Assembly: GCA_000004985.1 (NCBI GenBank)
Contig: GG738923.1
Strand: one strand, 5' to 3'
DNA length: 64,000 nt
From: Naegleria gruberi
Lineage: Eukaryota
Shown: piece by piece, positions 1-12,000 of the stretch
How the letters are laid out: each line of letters starts with the position of its first letter
Numbering within the stretch: position 1 is the first letter of the stretch
Made by a program: the position numbers and the translations under genes
The notes under the pieces: generated by a model
Told to the model about the DNA's origin: nothing
What the model saw: the letters and a program-made list of their open reading frames with translations, nothing else
Databases searched by the model: none

Positions 1-3000
1 NNNNNNNNNNNNNNNNNNNNNNNNNNNNNNNNNNNNNNNNNNNNNNNNNNNNNNNNNNNNNNNNNNNNNNNNNNNNNNNNNNNNNNNNNNNNNNNNNNNN
101 NNNNNNNNNNNNNNNNNNNNNNNNNNNNNNNNNNNNNNNNNNNNNNNNNNNNNNNNNNNNNNNNNNNNNNNNNNNNNNNNNNNNNNNNNNNNNNNNNNNN
201 NNNNNNNNNNNNNNNNNNNNNNNNNNNNNNNNNNNNNNNNNNNNNNNNNNNNNNNNNNNNNNNNNNNNNNNNNNNNNNNNNNNNNNNNNNNNNNNNNNNN
301 NNNNNNNNNNNNNNNNNNNNNNNNNNNNNNNNNNNNNNNNNNNNNNNNNNNNNNNNNNNNNNNNNNNNNNNNNNNNNNNNNNNNNNNNNNNNNNNNNNNN
401 NNNNNNNNNNNNNNNNNNNNNNNNNNNNNNNNNNNNNNNNNNNNNNNNNNNNNNNNNNNNNNNNNNNNNNNNNNNNNNNNNNNNNNNNNNNNNNNNNNNN
501 NNNNNNNNNNNNNNNNNNNNNNNNNNNNNNNNNNNNNNNNNNNNNNNNNNNNNNNNNNNNNNNNNNNNNNNNNNNNNNNNNNNNNNNNNNNNNNNNNNNN
601 NNNNNNNNNNNNNNNNNNNNNNNNNNNNNNNNNNNNNNNNNNNNNNNNNNNNNNNNNNNNNNNNNNNNNNNNNNNNNNNNNNNNNNNNNNNNNNNNNNNN
701 NNNNNNNNNNNNNNNNNNNNNNNNNNNNNNNNNNNNNNNNNNNNNNNNNNNNNNNNNNNNNNNNNNNNNNNNNNNNNNNNNNNNNNNNNNNNNNNNNNNN
801 NNNNNNNNNNNNNNNNNNNNNNNNNNNNNNNNNNNNNNNNNNNNNNNNNNNNNNNNNNNNNNNNNNNNNNNNNNNNNNNNNNNNNNNNNNNNNNNNNNNN
901 NNNNNNNNNNNNNNNNNNNNNNNNNNNNNNNNNNNNNNNNNNNNNNNNNNNNNNNNNNNNNNNNNNNNNNNNNNNNNNNNNNNNNNNNNNNNNNNNNNNN
1001 NNNNNNNNNNNNNNNNNNNNNNNNNNNNNNNNNNNNNNNNNNNNNNNNNNNNNNNNNNNNNNNNNNNNNNNNNNNNNNNNNNNNNNNNNNNNNNNNNNNN
1101 NNNNNNNNNNNNNNNNNNNNNNNNNNNNNNNNNNNNNNNNNNNNNNNNNNNNNNNNNNNNNNNNNNNNNNNNNNNNNNNNNNNNNNNNNNNNNNNNNNNN
1201 NNNNNNNNNNNNNNNNNNNNNNNNNNNNNNNNNNNNNNNNNNNNNNNNNNNNNNNNNNNNNNNNNNNNNNNNNNNNNNNNNNNNNNNNNNNNNNNNNNNN
1301 NNNNNNNNNNNNNNNNNNNNNNNNNNNNNNNNNNNNNNNNNNNNNNNNNNNNNNNNNNNNNNNNNNNNNNNNNNNNNNNNNNNNNNNNNNNNNNNNNNNN
1401 NNNNNNNNNNNNNNNNNNNNNNNNNNNNNNNNNNNNNNNNNNNNNNNNNNNNNNNNNNNNNNNNNNNNNNNNNNNNNNNNNNNNNNNNNNNNNNNNNNNN
1501 NNNNNNNNNNNNNNNNNNNNNNNNNNNNNNNNNNNNNNNNNNNNNNNNNNNNNNNNNNNNNNNNNNNNNNNNNNNNNNNNNNNNNNNNNNNNNNNNNNNN
1601 NNNNNNNNNNNNNNNNNNNNNNNNNNNNNNNNNNNNNNNNNNNNNNNNNNNNNNNNNNNNNNNNNNNNNNNNNNNNNNNNNNNNNNNNNNNNNNNNNNNN
1701 NNNNNNNNNNNNNNNNNNNNNNNNNNNNNNNNNNNNNNNNNNNNNNNNNNNNNNNNNNNNNNNNNNNNNNNNNNNNNNNNNNNNNNNNNNNNNNNNNNNN
1801 NNNNNNNNNNNNNNNNNNNNNNNNNNNNNNNNNNNNNNNNNNNNNNNNNNNNNNNNNNNNNNNNNNNNNNNNNNNNNNNNNNNNNNNNNNNNNNNNNNNN
1901 NNNNNNNNNNNNNNNNNNNNNNNNNNNNNNNNNNNNNNNNNNNNNNNNNNNNNNNNNNNNNNNNNNNNNNNNNNNNNNNNNNNNNNNNNNNNNNNNNNNN
2001 NNNNNNNNNNNNNNNNNNNNNNNNNNNNNNNNNNNNNNNNNNNNNNNNNNNNNNNNNNNNNNNNNNNNNNNNNNNNNNNNNNNNNNNNNNNNNNNNNNNN
2101 NNNNNNNNNNNNNNNNNNNNNNNNNNNNNNNNNNNNNNNNNNNNNNNNNNNNNNNNNNNNNNNNNNNNNNNNNNNNNNNNNNNNNNNNNNNNNNNNNNNN
2201 NNNNNNNNNNNNNNNNNNNNNNNNNNNNNNNNNNNNNNNNNNNNNNNNNNNNNNNNNNNNNNNNNNNNNNNNNNNNNNNNNNNNNNNNNNNNNNNNNNNN
2301 NNNNNNNNNNNNNNNNNNNNNNNNNNNNNNNNNNNNNNNNNNNNNNNNNNNNNNNNNNNNNNNNNNNNNNNNNNNNNNNNNNNNNNNNNNNNNNNNNNNN
2401 NNNNNNNNNNNNNNNNNNNNNNNNNNNNNNNNNNNNNNNNNNNNNNNNNNNNNNNNNNNNNNNNNNNNNNNNNNNNNNNNNNNNNNNNNNNNNNNNNNNN
2501 NNNNNNNNNNNNNNNNNNNNNNNNNNNNNNNNNNNNNNNNNNNNNNNNNNNNNNNNNNNNNNNNNNNNNNNNNNNNNNNNNNNNNNNNNNNNNNNNNNNN
2601 NNNNNNNNNNNNNNNNNNNNNNNNNNNNNNNNNNNNNNNNNNNNNNNNNNNNNNNNNNNNNNNNNNNNNNNNNNNNNNNNNNNNNNNNNNNNNNNNNNNN
2701 NNNNNNNNNNNNNNNNNNNNNNNNNNNNNNNNNNNNNNNNNNNNNNNNNNNNNNNNNNNNNNNNNNNNNNNNNNNNNNNNNNNNNNNNNNNNNNNNNNNN
2801 NNNNNNNNNNNNNNNNNNNNNNNNNNNNNNNNNNNNNNNNNNNNNNNNNNNNNNNNNNNNNNNNNNNNNNNNNNNNNNNNNNNNNNNNNNNNNNNNNNNN
2901 NNNNNNNNNNNNNNNNNNNNNNNNNNNNNNNNNNNNNNNNNNNNNNNNNNNNNNNNNNNNNNNNNNNNNNNNNNNNNNNNNNNNNNNNNNNNNNNNNNNN

Positions 3001-6000
3001 NNNNNNNNNNNNNNNNNNNNNNNNNNNNNNNNNNNNNNNNNNNNNNNNNNNNNNNNNNNNNNNNNNNNNNNNNNNNNNNNNNNNNNNNNNNNNNNNNNNN
3101 NNNNNNNNNNNNNNNNNNNNNNNNNNNNNNNNNNNNNNNNNNNNNNNNNNNNNNNNNNNNNNNNNNNNNNNNNNNNNNNNNNNNNNNNNNNNNNNNNNNN
3201 NNNNNNNNNNNNNNNNNNNNNNNNNNNNNNNNNNNNNNNNNNNNNNNNNNNNNNNNNNNNNNNNNNNNNNNNNNNNNNNNNNNNNNNNNNNNNNNNNNNN
3301 NNNNNNNNNNNNNNNNNNNNNNNNNNNNNNNNNNNNNNNNNNNNNNNNNNNNNNNNNNNNNNNNNNNNNNNNNNNNNNNNNNNNNNNNNNNNNNNNNNNN
3401 NNNNNNNNNNNNNNNNNNNNNNNNNNNNNNNNNNNNNNNNNNNNNNNNNNNNNNNNNNNNNNNNNNNNNNNNNNNNNNNNNNNNNNNNNNNNNNNNNNNN
3501 NNNNNNNNNNNNNNNNNNNNNNNNNNNNNNNNNNNNNNNNNNNNNNNNNNNNNNNNNNNNNNNNNNNNNNNNNNNNNNNNNNNNNNNNNNNNNNNNNNNN
3601 NNNNNNNNNNNNNNNNNNNNNNNNNNNNNNNNNNNNNNNNNNNNNNNNNNNNNNNNNNNNNNNNNNNNNNNNNNNNNNNNNNNNNNNNNNNNNNNNNNNN
3701 NNNNNNNNNNNNNNNNNNNNNNNNNNNNNNNNNNNNNNNNNNNNNNNNNNNNNNNNNNNNNNNNNNNNNNNNNNNNNNNNNNNNNNNNNNNNNNNNNNNN
3801 NNNNNNNNNNNNNNNNNNNNNNNNNNNNNNNNNNNNNNNNNNNNNNNNNNNNNNNNNNNNNNNNNNNNNNNNNNNNNNNNNNNNNNNNNNNNNNNNNNNN
3901 NNNNNNNNNNNNNNNNNNNNNNNNNNNNNNNNNNNNNNNNNNNNNNNNNNNNNNNNNNNNNNNNNNNNNNNNNNNNNNNNNNNNNNNNNNNNNNNNNNNN
4001 NNNNNNNNNNNNNNNNNNNNNNNNNNNNNNNNNNNNNNNNNNNNNNNNNNNNNNNNNNNNNNNNNNNNNNNNNNNNNNNNNNNNNNNNNNNNNNNNNNNN
4101 NNNNNNNNNNNNNNNNNNNNNNNNNNNNNNNNNNNNNNNNNNNNNNNNNNNNNNNNNNNNNNNNNNNNNNNNNNNNNNNNNNNNNNNNNNNNNNNNNNNN
4201 NNNNNNNNNNNNNNNNNNNNNNNNNNNNNNNNNNNNNNNNNNNNNNNNNNNNNNNNNNNNNNNNNNNNNNNNNNNNNNNNNNNNNNNNNNNNNNNNNNNN
4301 NNNNNNNNNNNNNNNNNNNNNNNNNNNNNNNNNNNNNNNNNNNNNNNNNNNNNNNNNNNNNNNNNNNNNNNNNNNNNNNNNNNNNNNNNNNNNNNNNNNN
4401 NNNNNNNNNNNNNNNNNNNNNNNNNNNNNNNNNNNNNNNNNNNNNNNNNNNNNNNNNNNNNNNNNNNNNNNNNNNNNNNNNNNNNNNNNNNNNNNNNNNN
4501 NNNNNNNNNNNNNNNNNNNNNNNNNNNNNNNNNNNNNNNNNNNNNNNNNNNNNNNNNNNNNNNNNNNNNNNNNNNNNNNNNNNNNNNNNNNNNNNNNNNN
4601 NNNNNNNNNNNNNNNNNNNNNNNNNNNNNNNNNNNNNNNNNNNNNNNNNNNNNNNNNNNNNNNNNNNNNNNNNNNNNNNNNNNNNNNNNNNNNNNNNNNN
4701 NNNNNNNNNNNNNNNNNNNNNNNNNNNNNNNNNNNNNNNNNNNNNNNNNNNNNNNNNNNNNNNNNNNNNNNNNNNNNNNNNNNNNNNNNNNNNNNNNNNN
4801 NNNNNNNNNNNNNNNNNNNNNNNNNNNNNNNNNNNNNNNNNNNNNNNNNNNNNNNNNNNNNNNNNNNNNNNNNNNNNNNNNNNNNNNNNNNNNNNNNNNN
4901 NNNNNNNNNNNNNNNNNNNNNNNNNNNNNNNNNNNNNNNNNNNNNNNNNNNNNNNNNNNNNNNNNNNNNNNNNNNNNNNNNNNNNNNNNNNNNNNNNNNN
5001 NNNNNNNNNNNNNNNNNNNNNNNNNNNNNNNNNNNNNNNNNNNNNNNNNNNNNNNNNNNNNNNNNNNNNNNNNNNNNNNNNNNNNNNNNNNNNNNNNNNN
5101 NNNNNNNNNNNNNNNNNNNNNNNNNNNNNNNNNNNNNNNNNNNNNNNNNNNNNNNNNNNNNNNNNNNNNNNNNNNNNNNNNNNNNNNNNNNNNNNNNNNN
5201 NNNNNNNNNNNNNNNNNNNNNNNNNNNNNNNNNNNNNNNNNNNNNNNNNNNNNNNNNNNNNNNNNNNNNNNNNNNNNNNNNNNNNNNNNNNNNNNNNNNN
5301 NNNNNNNNNNNNNNNNNNNNNNNNNNNNNNNNNNNNNNNNNNNNNNNNNNNNNNNNNNNNNNNNNNNNNNNNNNNNNNNNNNNNNNNNNNNNNNNNNNNN
5401 NNNNNNNNNNNNNNNNNNNNNNNNNNNNNNNNNNNNNNNNNNNNNNNNNNNNNNNNNNNNNNNNNNNNNNNNNNNNNNNNNNNNNNNNNNNNNNNNNNNN
5501 NNNNNNNNNNNNNNNNNNNNNNNNNNNNNNNNNNNNNNNNNNNNNNNNNNNNNNNNNNNNNNNNNNNNNNNNNNNNNNNNNNNNNNNNNNNNNNNNNNNN
5601 NNNNNNNNNNNNNNNNNNNNNNNNNNNNNNNNNNNNNNNNNNNNNNNNNNNNNNNNNNNNNNNNNNNNNNNNNNNNNNNNNNNNNNNNNNNNNNNNNNNN
5701 NNNNNNNNNNNNNNNNNNNNNNNNNNNNNNNNNNNNNNNNNNNNNNNNNNNNNNNNNNNNNNNNNNNNNNNNNNNNNNNNNNNNNNNNNNNNNNNNNNNN
5801 NNNNNNNNNNNNNNNNNNNNNNNNNNNNNNNNNNNNNNNNNNNNNNNNNNNNNNNNNNNNNNNNNNNNNNNNNNNNNNNNNNNNNNNNNNNNNNNNNNNN
5901 NNNNNNNNNNNNNNNNNNNNNNNNNNNNNNNNNNNNNNNNNNNNNNNNNNNNNNNNNNNNNNNNNNNNNNNNNNNNNNNNNNNNNNNNNNNNNNNNNNNN

Positions 6001-9000
6001 NNNNNNNNNNNNNNNNNNNNNNNNNNNNNNNNNNNNNNNNNNNNNNNNNNNNNNNNNNNNNNNNNNNNNNNNNNNNNNNNNNNNNNNNNNNNNNNNNNNN
6101 NNNNNNNNNNNNNNNNNNNNNNNNNNNNNNNNNNNNNNNNNNNNNNNNNNNNNNNNNNNNNNNNNNNNNNNNNNNNNNNNNNNNNNNNNNNNNNNNNNNN
6201 NNNNNNNNNNNNNNNNNNNNNNNNNNNNNNNNNNNNNNNNNNNNNNNNNNNNNNNNNNNNNNNNNNNNNNNNNNNNNNNNNNNNNNNNNNNNNNNNNNNN
6301 NNNNNNNNNNNNNNNNNNNNNNNNNNNNNNNNNNNNNNNNNNNNNNNNNNNNNNNNNNNNNNNNNNNNNNNNNNNNNNNNNNNNNNNNNNNNNNNNNNNN
6401 NNNNNNNNNNNNNNNNNNNNNNNNNNNNNNNNNNNNNNNNNNNNNNNNNNNNNNNNNNNNNNNNNNNNNNNNNNNNNNNNNNNNNNNNNNNNNNNNNNNN
6501 NNNNNNNNNNNNNNNNNNNNNNNNNNNNNNNNNNNNNNNNNNNNNNNNNNNNNNNNNNNNNNNNNNNNNNNNNNNNNNNNNNNNNNNNNNNNNNNNNNNN
6601 NNNNNNNNNNNNNNNNNNNNNNNNNNNNNNNNNNNNNNNNNNNNNNNNNNNNNNNNNNNNNNNNNNNNNNNNNNNNNNNNNNNNNNNNNNNNNNNNNNNN
6701 NNNNNNNNNNNNNNNNNNNNNNNNNNNNNNNNNNNNNNNNNNNNNNNNNNNNNNNNNNNNNNNNNNNNNNNNNNNNNNNNNNNNNNNNNNNNNNNNNNNN
6801 NNNNNNNNNNNNNNNNNNNNNNNNNNNNNNNNNNNNNNNNNNNNNNNNNNNNNNNNNNNNNNNNNNNNNNNNNNNNNNNNNNNNNNNNNNNNNNNNNNNN
6901 NNNNNNNNNNNNNNNNNNNNNNNNNNNNNNNNNNNNNNNNNNNNNNNNNNNNNNNNNNNNNNNNNNNNNNNNNNNNNNNNNNNNNNNNNNNNNNNNNNNN
7001 NNNNNNNNNNNNNNNNNNNNNNNNNNNNNNNNNNNNNNNNNNNNNNNNNNNNNNNNNNNNNNNNNNNNNNNNNNNNNNNNNNNNNNNNNNNNNNNNNNNN
7101 NNNNNNNNNNNNNNNNNNNNNNNNNNNNNNNNNNNNNNNNNNNNNNNNNNNNNNNNNNNNNNNNNNNNNNNNNNNNNNNNNNNNNNNNNNNNNNNNNNNN
7201 NNNNNNNNNNNNNNNNNNNNNNNNNNNNNNNNNNNNNNNNNNNNNNNNNNNNNNNNNNNNNNNNNNNNNNNNNNNNNNNNNNNNNNNNNNNNNNNNNNNN
7301 NNNNNNNNNNNNNNNNNNNNNNNNNNNNNNNNNNNNNNNNNNNNNNNNNNNNNNNNNNNNNNNNNNNNNNNNNNNNNNNNNNNNNNNNNNNNNNNNNNNN
7401 NNNNNNNNNNNNNNNNNNNNNNNNNNNNNNNNNNNNNNNNNNNNNNNNNNNNNNNNNNNNNNNNNNNNNNNNNNNNNNNNNNNNNNNNNNNNNNNNNNNN
7501 NNNNNNNNNNNNNNNNNNNNNNNNNNNNNNNNNNNNNNNNNNNNNNNNNNNNNNNNNNNNNNNNNNNNNNNNNNNNNNNNNNNNNNNNNNNNNNNNNNNN
7601 NNNNNNNNNNNNNNNNNNNNNNNNNNNNNNNNNNNNNNNNNNNNNNNNNNNNNNNNNNNNNNNNNNNNNNNNNNNNNNNNNNNNNNNNNNNNNNNNNNNN
7701 NNNNNNNNNNNNNNNNNNNNNNNNNNNNNNNNNNNNNNNNNNNNNNNNNNNNNNNNNNNNNNNNNNNNNNNNNNNNNNNNNNNNNNNNNNNNNNNNNNNN
7801 NNNNNNNNNNNNNNNNNNNNNNNNNNNNNNNNNNNNNNNNNNNNNNNNNNNNNNNNNNNNNNNNNNNNNNNNNNNNNNNNNNNNNNNNNNNNNNNNNNNN
7901 NNNNNNNNNNNNNNNNNNNNNNNNNNNNNNNNNNNNNNNNNNNNNNNNNNNNNNNNNNNNNNNNNNNNNNNNNNNNNNNNNNNNNNNNNNNNNNNNNNNN
8001 NNNNNNNNNNNNNNNNNNNNNNNNNNNNNNNNNNNNNNNNNNNNNNNNNNNNNNNNNNNNNNNNNNNNNNNNNNNNNNNNNNNNNNNNNNNNNNNNNNNN
8101 NNNNNNNNNNNNNNNNNNNNNNNNNNNNNNNNNNNNNNNNNNNNNNNNNNNNNNNNNNNNNNNNNNNNNNNNNNNNNNNNNNNNNNNNNNNNNNNNNNNN
8201 NNNNNNNNNNNNNNNNNNNNNNNNNNNNNNNNNNNNNNNNNNNNNNNNNNNNNNNNNNNNNNNNNNNNNNNNNNNNNNNNNNNNNNNNNNNNNNNNNNNN
8301 NNNNNNNNNNNNNNNNNNNNNNNNNNNNNNNNNNNNNNNNNNNNNNNNNNNNNNNNNNNNNNNNNNNNNNNNNNNNNNNNNNNNNNNNNNNNNNNNNNNN
8401 NNNNNNNNNNNNNNNNNNNNNNNNNNNNNNNNNNNNNNNNNNNNNNNNNNNNNNNNNNNNNNNNNNNNNNNNNNNNNNNNNNNNNNNNNNNNNNNNNNNN
8501 NNNNNNNNNNNNNNNNNNNNNNNNNNNNNNNNNNNNNNNNNNNNNNNNNNNNNNNNNNNNNNNNNNNNNNNNNNNNNNNNNNNNNNNNNNNNNNNNNNNN
8601 NNNNNNNNNNNNNNNNNNNNNNNNNNNNNNNNNNNNNNNNNNNNNNNNNNNNNNNNNNNNNNNNNNNNNNNNNNNNNNNNNNNNNNNNNNNNNNNNNNNN
8701 NNNNNNNNNNNNNNNNNNNNNNNNNNNNNNNNNNNNNNNNNNNNNNNNNNNNNNNNNNNNNNNNNNNNNNNNNNNNNNNNNNNNNNNNNNNNNNNNNNNN
8801 NNNNNNNNNNNNNNNNNNNNNNNNNNNNNNNNNNNNNNNNNNNNNNNNNNNNNNNNNNNNNNNNNNNNNNNNNNNNNNNNNNNNNNNNNNNNNNNNNNNN
8901 NNNNNNNNNNNNNNNNNNNNNNNNNNNNNNNNNNNNNNNNNNNNNNNNNNNNNNNNNNNNNNNNNNNNNNNNNNNNNNNNNNNNNNNNNNNNNNNNNNNN

Positions 9001-12000
9001 NNNNNNNNNNNNNNNNNNNNNNNNNNNNNNNNNNNNNNNNNNNNNNNNNNNNNNNNNNNNNNNNNNNNNNNNNNNNNNNNNNNNNNNNNNNNNNNNNNNN
9101 NNNNNNNNNNNNNNNNNNNNNNNNNNNNNNNNNNNNNNNNNNNNNNNNNNNNNNNNNNNNNNNNNNNNNNNNNNNNNNNNNNNNNNNNNNNNNNNNNNNN
9201 NNNNNNNNNNNNNNNNNNNNNNNNNNNNNNNNNNNNNNNNNNNNNNNNNNNNNNNNNNNNNNNNNNNNNNNNNNNNNNNNNNNNNNNNNNNNNNNNNNNN
9301 NNNNNNNNNNNNNNNNNNNNNNNNNNNNNNNNNNNNNNNNNNNNNNNNNNNNNNNNNNNNNNNNNNNNNNNNNNNNNNNNNNNNNNNNNNNNNNNNNNNN
9401 NNNNNNNNNNNNNNNNNNNNNNNNNNNNNNNNNNNNNNNNNNNNNNNNNNNNNNNNNNNNNNNNNNNNNNNNNNNNNNNNNNNNNNNNNNNNNNNNNNNN
9501 NNNNNNNNNNNNNNNNNNNNNNNNNNNNNNNNNNNNNNNNNNNNNNNNNNNNNNNNNNNNNNNNNNNNNNNNNNNNNNNNNNNNNNNNNNNNNNNNNNNN
9601 NNNNNNNNNNNNNNNNNNNNNNNNNNNNNNNNNNNNNNNNNNNNNNNNNNNNNNNNNNNNNNNNNNNNNNNNNNNNNNNNNNNNNNNNNNNNNNNNNNNN
9701 NNNNNNNNNNNNNNNNNNNNNNNNNNNNNNNNNNNNNNNNNNNNNNNNNNNNNNNNNNNNNNNNNNNNNNNNNNNNNNNNNNNNNNNNNNNNNNNNNNNN
9801 NNNNNNNNNNNNNNNNNNNNNNNNNNNNNNNNNNNNNNNNNNNNNNNNNNNNNNNNNNNNNNNNNNNNNNNNNNNNNNNNNNNNNNNNNNNNNNNNNNNN
9901 NNNNNNNNNNNNNNNNNNNNNNNNNNNNNNNNNNNNNNNNNNNNNNNNNNNNNNNNNNNNNNNNNNNNNNNNNNNNNNNNNNNNNNNNNNNNNNNNNNNN
10001 NNNNNNNNNNNNNNNNNNNNNNNNNNNNNNNNNNNNNNNNNNNNNNNNNNNNNNNNNNNNNNNNNNNNNNNNNNNNNNNNNNNNNNNNNNNNNNNNNNNN
10101 NNNNNNNNNNNNNNNNNNNNNNNNNNNNNNNNNNNNNNNNNNNNNNNNNNNNNNNNNNNNNNNNNNNNNNNNNNNNNNNNNNNNNNNNNNNNNNNNNNNN
10201 NNNNNNNNNNNNNNNNNNNNNNNNNNNNNNNNNNNNNNNNNNNNNNNNNNNNNNNNNNNNNNNNNNNNNNNNNNNNNNNNNNNNNNNNNNNNNNNNNNNN
10301 NNNNNNNNNNNNNNNNNNNNNNNNNNNNNNNNNNNNNNNNNNNNNNNNNNNNNNNNNNNNNNNNNNNNNNNNNNNNNNNNNNNNNNNNNNNNNNNNNNNN
10401 NNNNNNNNNNNNNNNNNNNNNNNNNNNNNNNNNNNNNNNNNNNNNNNNNNNNNNNNNNNNNNNNNNNNNNNNNNNNNNNNNNNNNNNNNNNNNNNNNNNN
10501 NNNNNNNNNNNNNNNNNNNNNNNNNNNNNNNNNNNNNNNNNNNNNNNNNNNNNNNNNNNNNNNNNNNNNNNNNNNNNNNNNNNNNNNNNNNNNNNNNNNN
10601 NNNNNNNNNNNNNNNNNNNNNNNNNNNNNNNNNNNNNNNNNNNNNNNNNNNNNNNNNNNNNNNNNNNNNNNNNNNNNNNNNNNNNNNNNNNNNNNNNNNN
10701 NNNNNNNNNNNNNNNNNNNNNNNNNNNNNNNNNNNNNNNNNNNNNNNNNNNNNNNNNNNNNNNNNNNNNNNNNNNNNNNNNNNNNNNNNNNNNNNNNNNN
10801 NNNNNNNNNNNNNNNNNNNNNNNNNNNNNNNNNNNNNNNNNNNNNNNNNNNNNNNNNNNNNNNNNNNNNNNNNNNNNNNNNNNNNNNNNNNNNNNNNNNN
10901 NNNNNNNNNNNNNNNNNNNNNNNNNNNNNNNNNNNNNNNNNNNNNNNNNNNNNNNNNNNNNNNNNNNNNNNNNNNNNNNNNNNNNNNNNNNNNNNNNNNN
11001 NNNNNNNNNNNNNNNNNNNNNNNNNNNNNNNNNNNNNNNNNNNNNNNNNNNNNNNNNNNNNNNNNNNNNNNNNNNNNNNNNNNNNNNNNNNNNNNNNNNN
11101 NNNNNNNNNNNNNNNNNNNNNNNNNNNNNNNNNNNNNNNNNNNNNNNNNNNNNNNNNNNNNNNNNNNNNNNNNNNNNNNNNNNNNNNNNNNNNNNNNNNN
11201 NNNNNNNNNNNNNNNNNNNNNNNNNNNNNNNNNNNNNNNNNNNNNNNNNNNNNNNNNNNNNNNNNNNNNNNNNNNNNNNNNNNNNNNNNNNNNNNNNNNN
11301 NNNNNNNNNNNNNNNNNNNNNNNNNNNNNNNNNNNNNNNNNNNNNNNNNNNNNNNNNNNNNNNNNNNNNNNNNNNNNNNNNNNNNNNNNNNNNNNNNNNN
11401 NNNNNNNNNNNNNNNNNNNNNNNNNNNNNNNNNNNNNNNNNNNNNNNNNNNNNNNNNNNNNNNNNNNNNNNNNNNNNNNNNNNNNNNNNNNNNNNNNNNN
11501 NNNNNNNNNNNNNNNNNNNNNNNNNNNNNNNNNNNNNNNNNNNNNNNNNNNNNNNNNNNNNNNNNNNNNNNNNNNNNNNNNNNNNNNNNNNNNNNNNNNN
11601 NNNNNNNNNNNNNNNNNNNNNNNNNNNNNNNNNNNNNNNNNNNNNNNNNNNNNNNNNNNNNNNNNNNNNNNNNNNNNNNNNNNNNNNNNNNNNNNNNNNN
11701 NNNNNNNNNNNNNNNNNNNNNNNNNNNNNNNNNNNNNNNNNNNNNNNNNNNNNNNNNNNNNNNNNNNNNNNNNNNNNNNNNNNNNNNNNNNNNNNNNNNN
11801 NNNNNNNNNNNNNNNNNNNNNNNNNNNNNNNNNNNNNNNNNNNNNNNNNNNNNNNNNNNNNNNNNNNNNNNNNNNNNNNNNNNNNNNNNNNNNNNNNNNN
11901 NNNNNNNNNNNNNNNNNNNNNNNNNNNNNNNNNNNNNNNNNNNNNNNNNNNNNNNNNNNNNNNNNNNNNNNNNNNNNNNNNNNNNNNNNNNNNNNNNNNN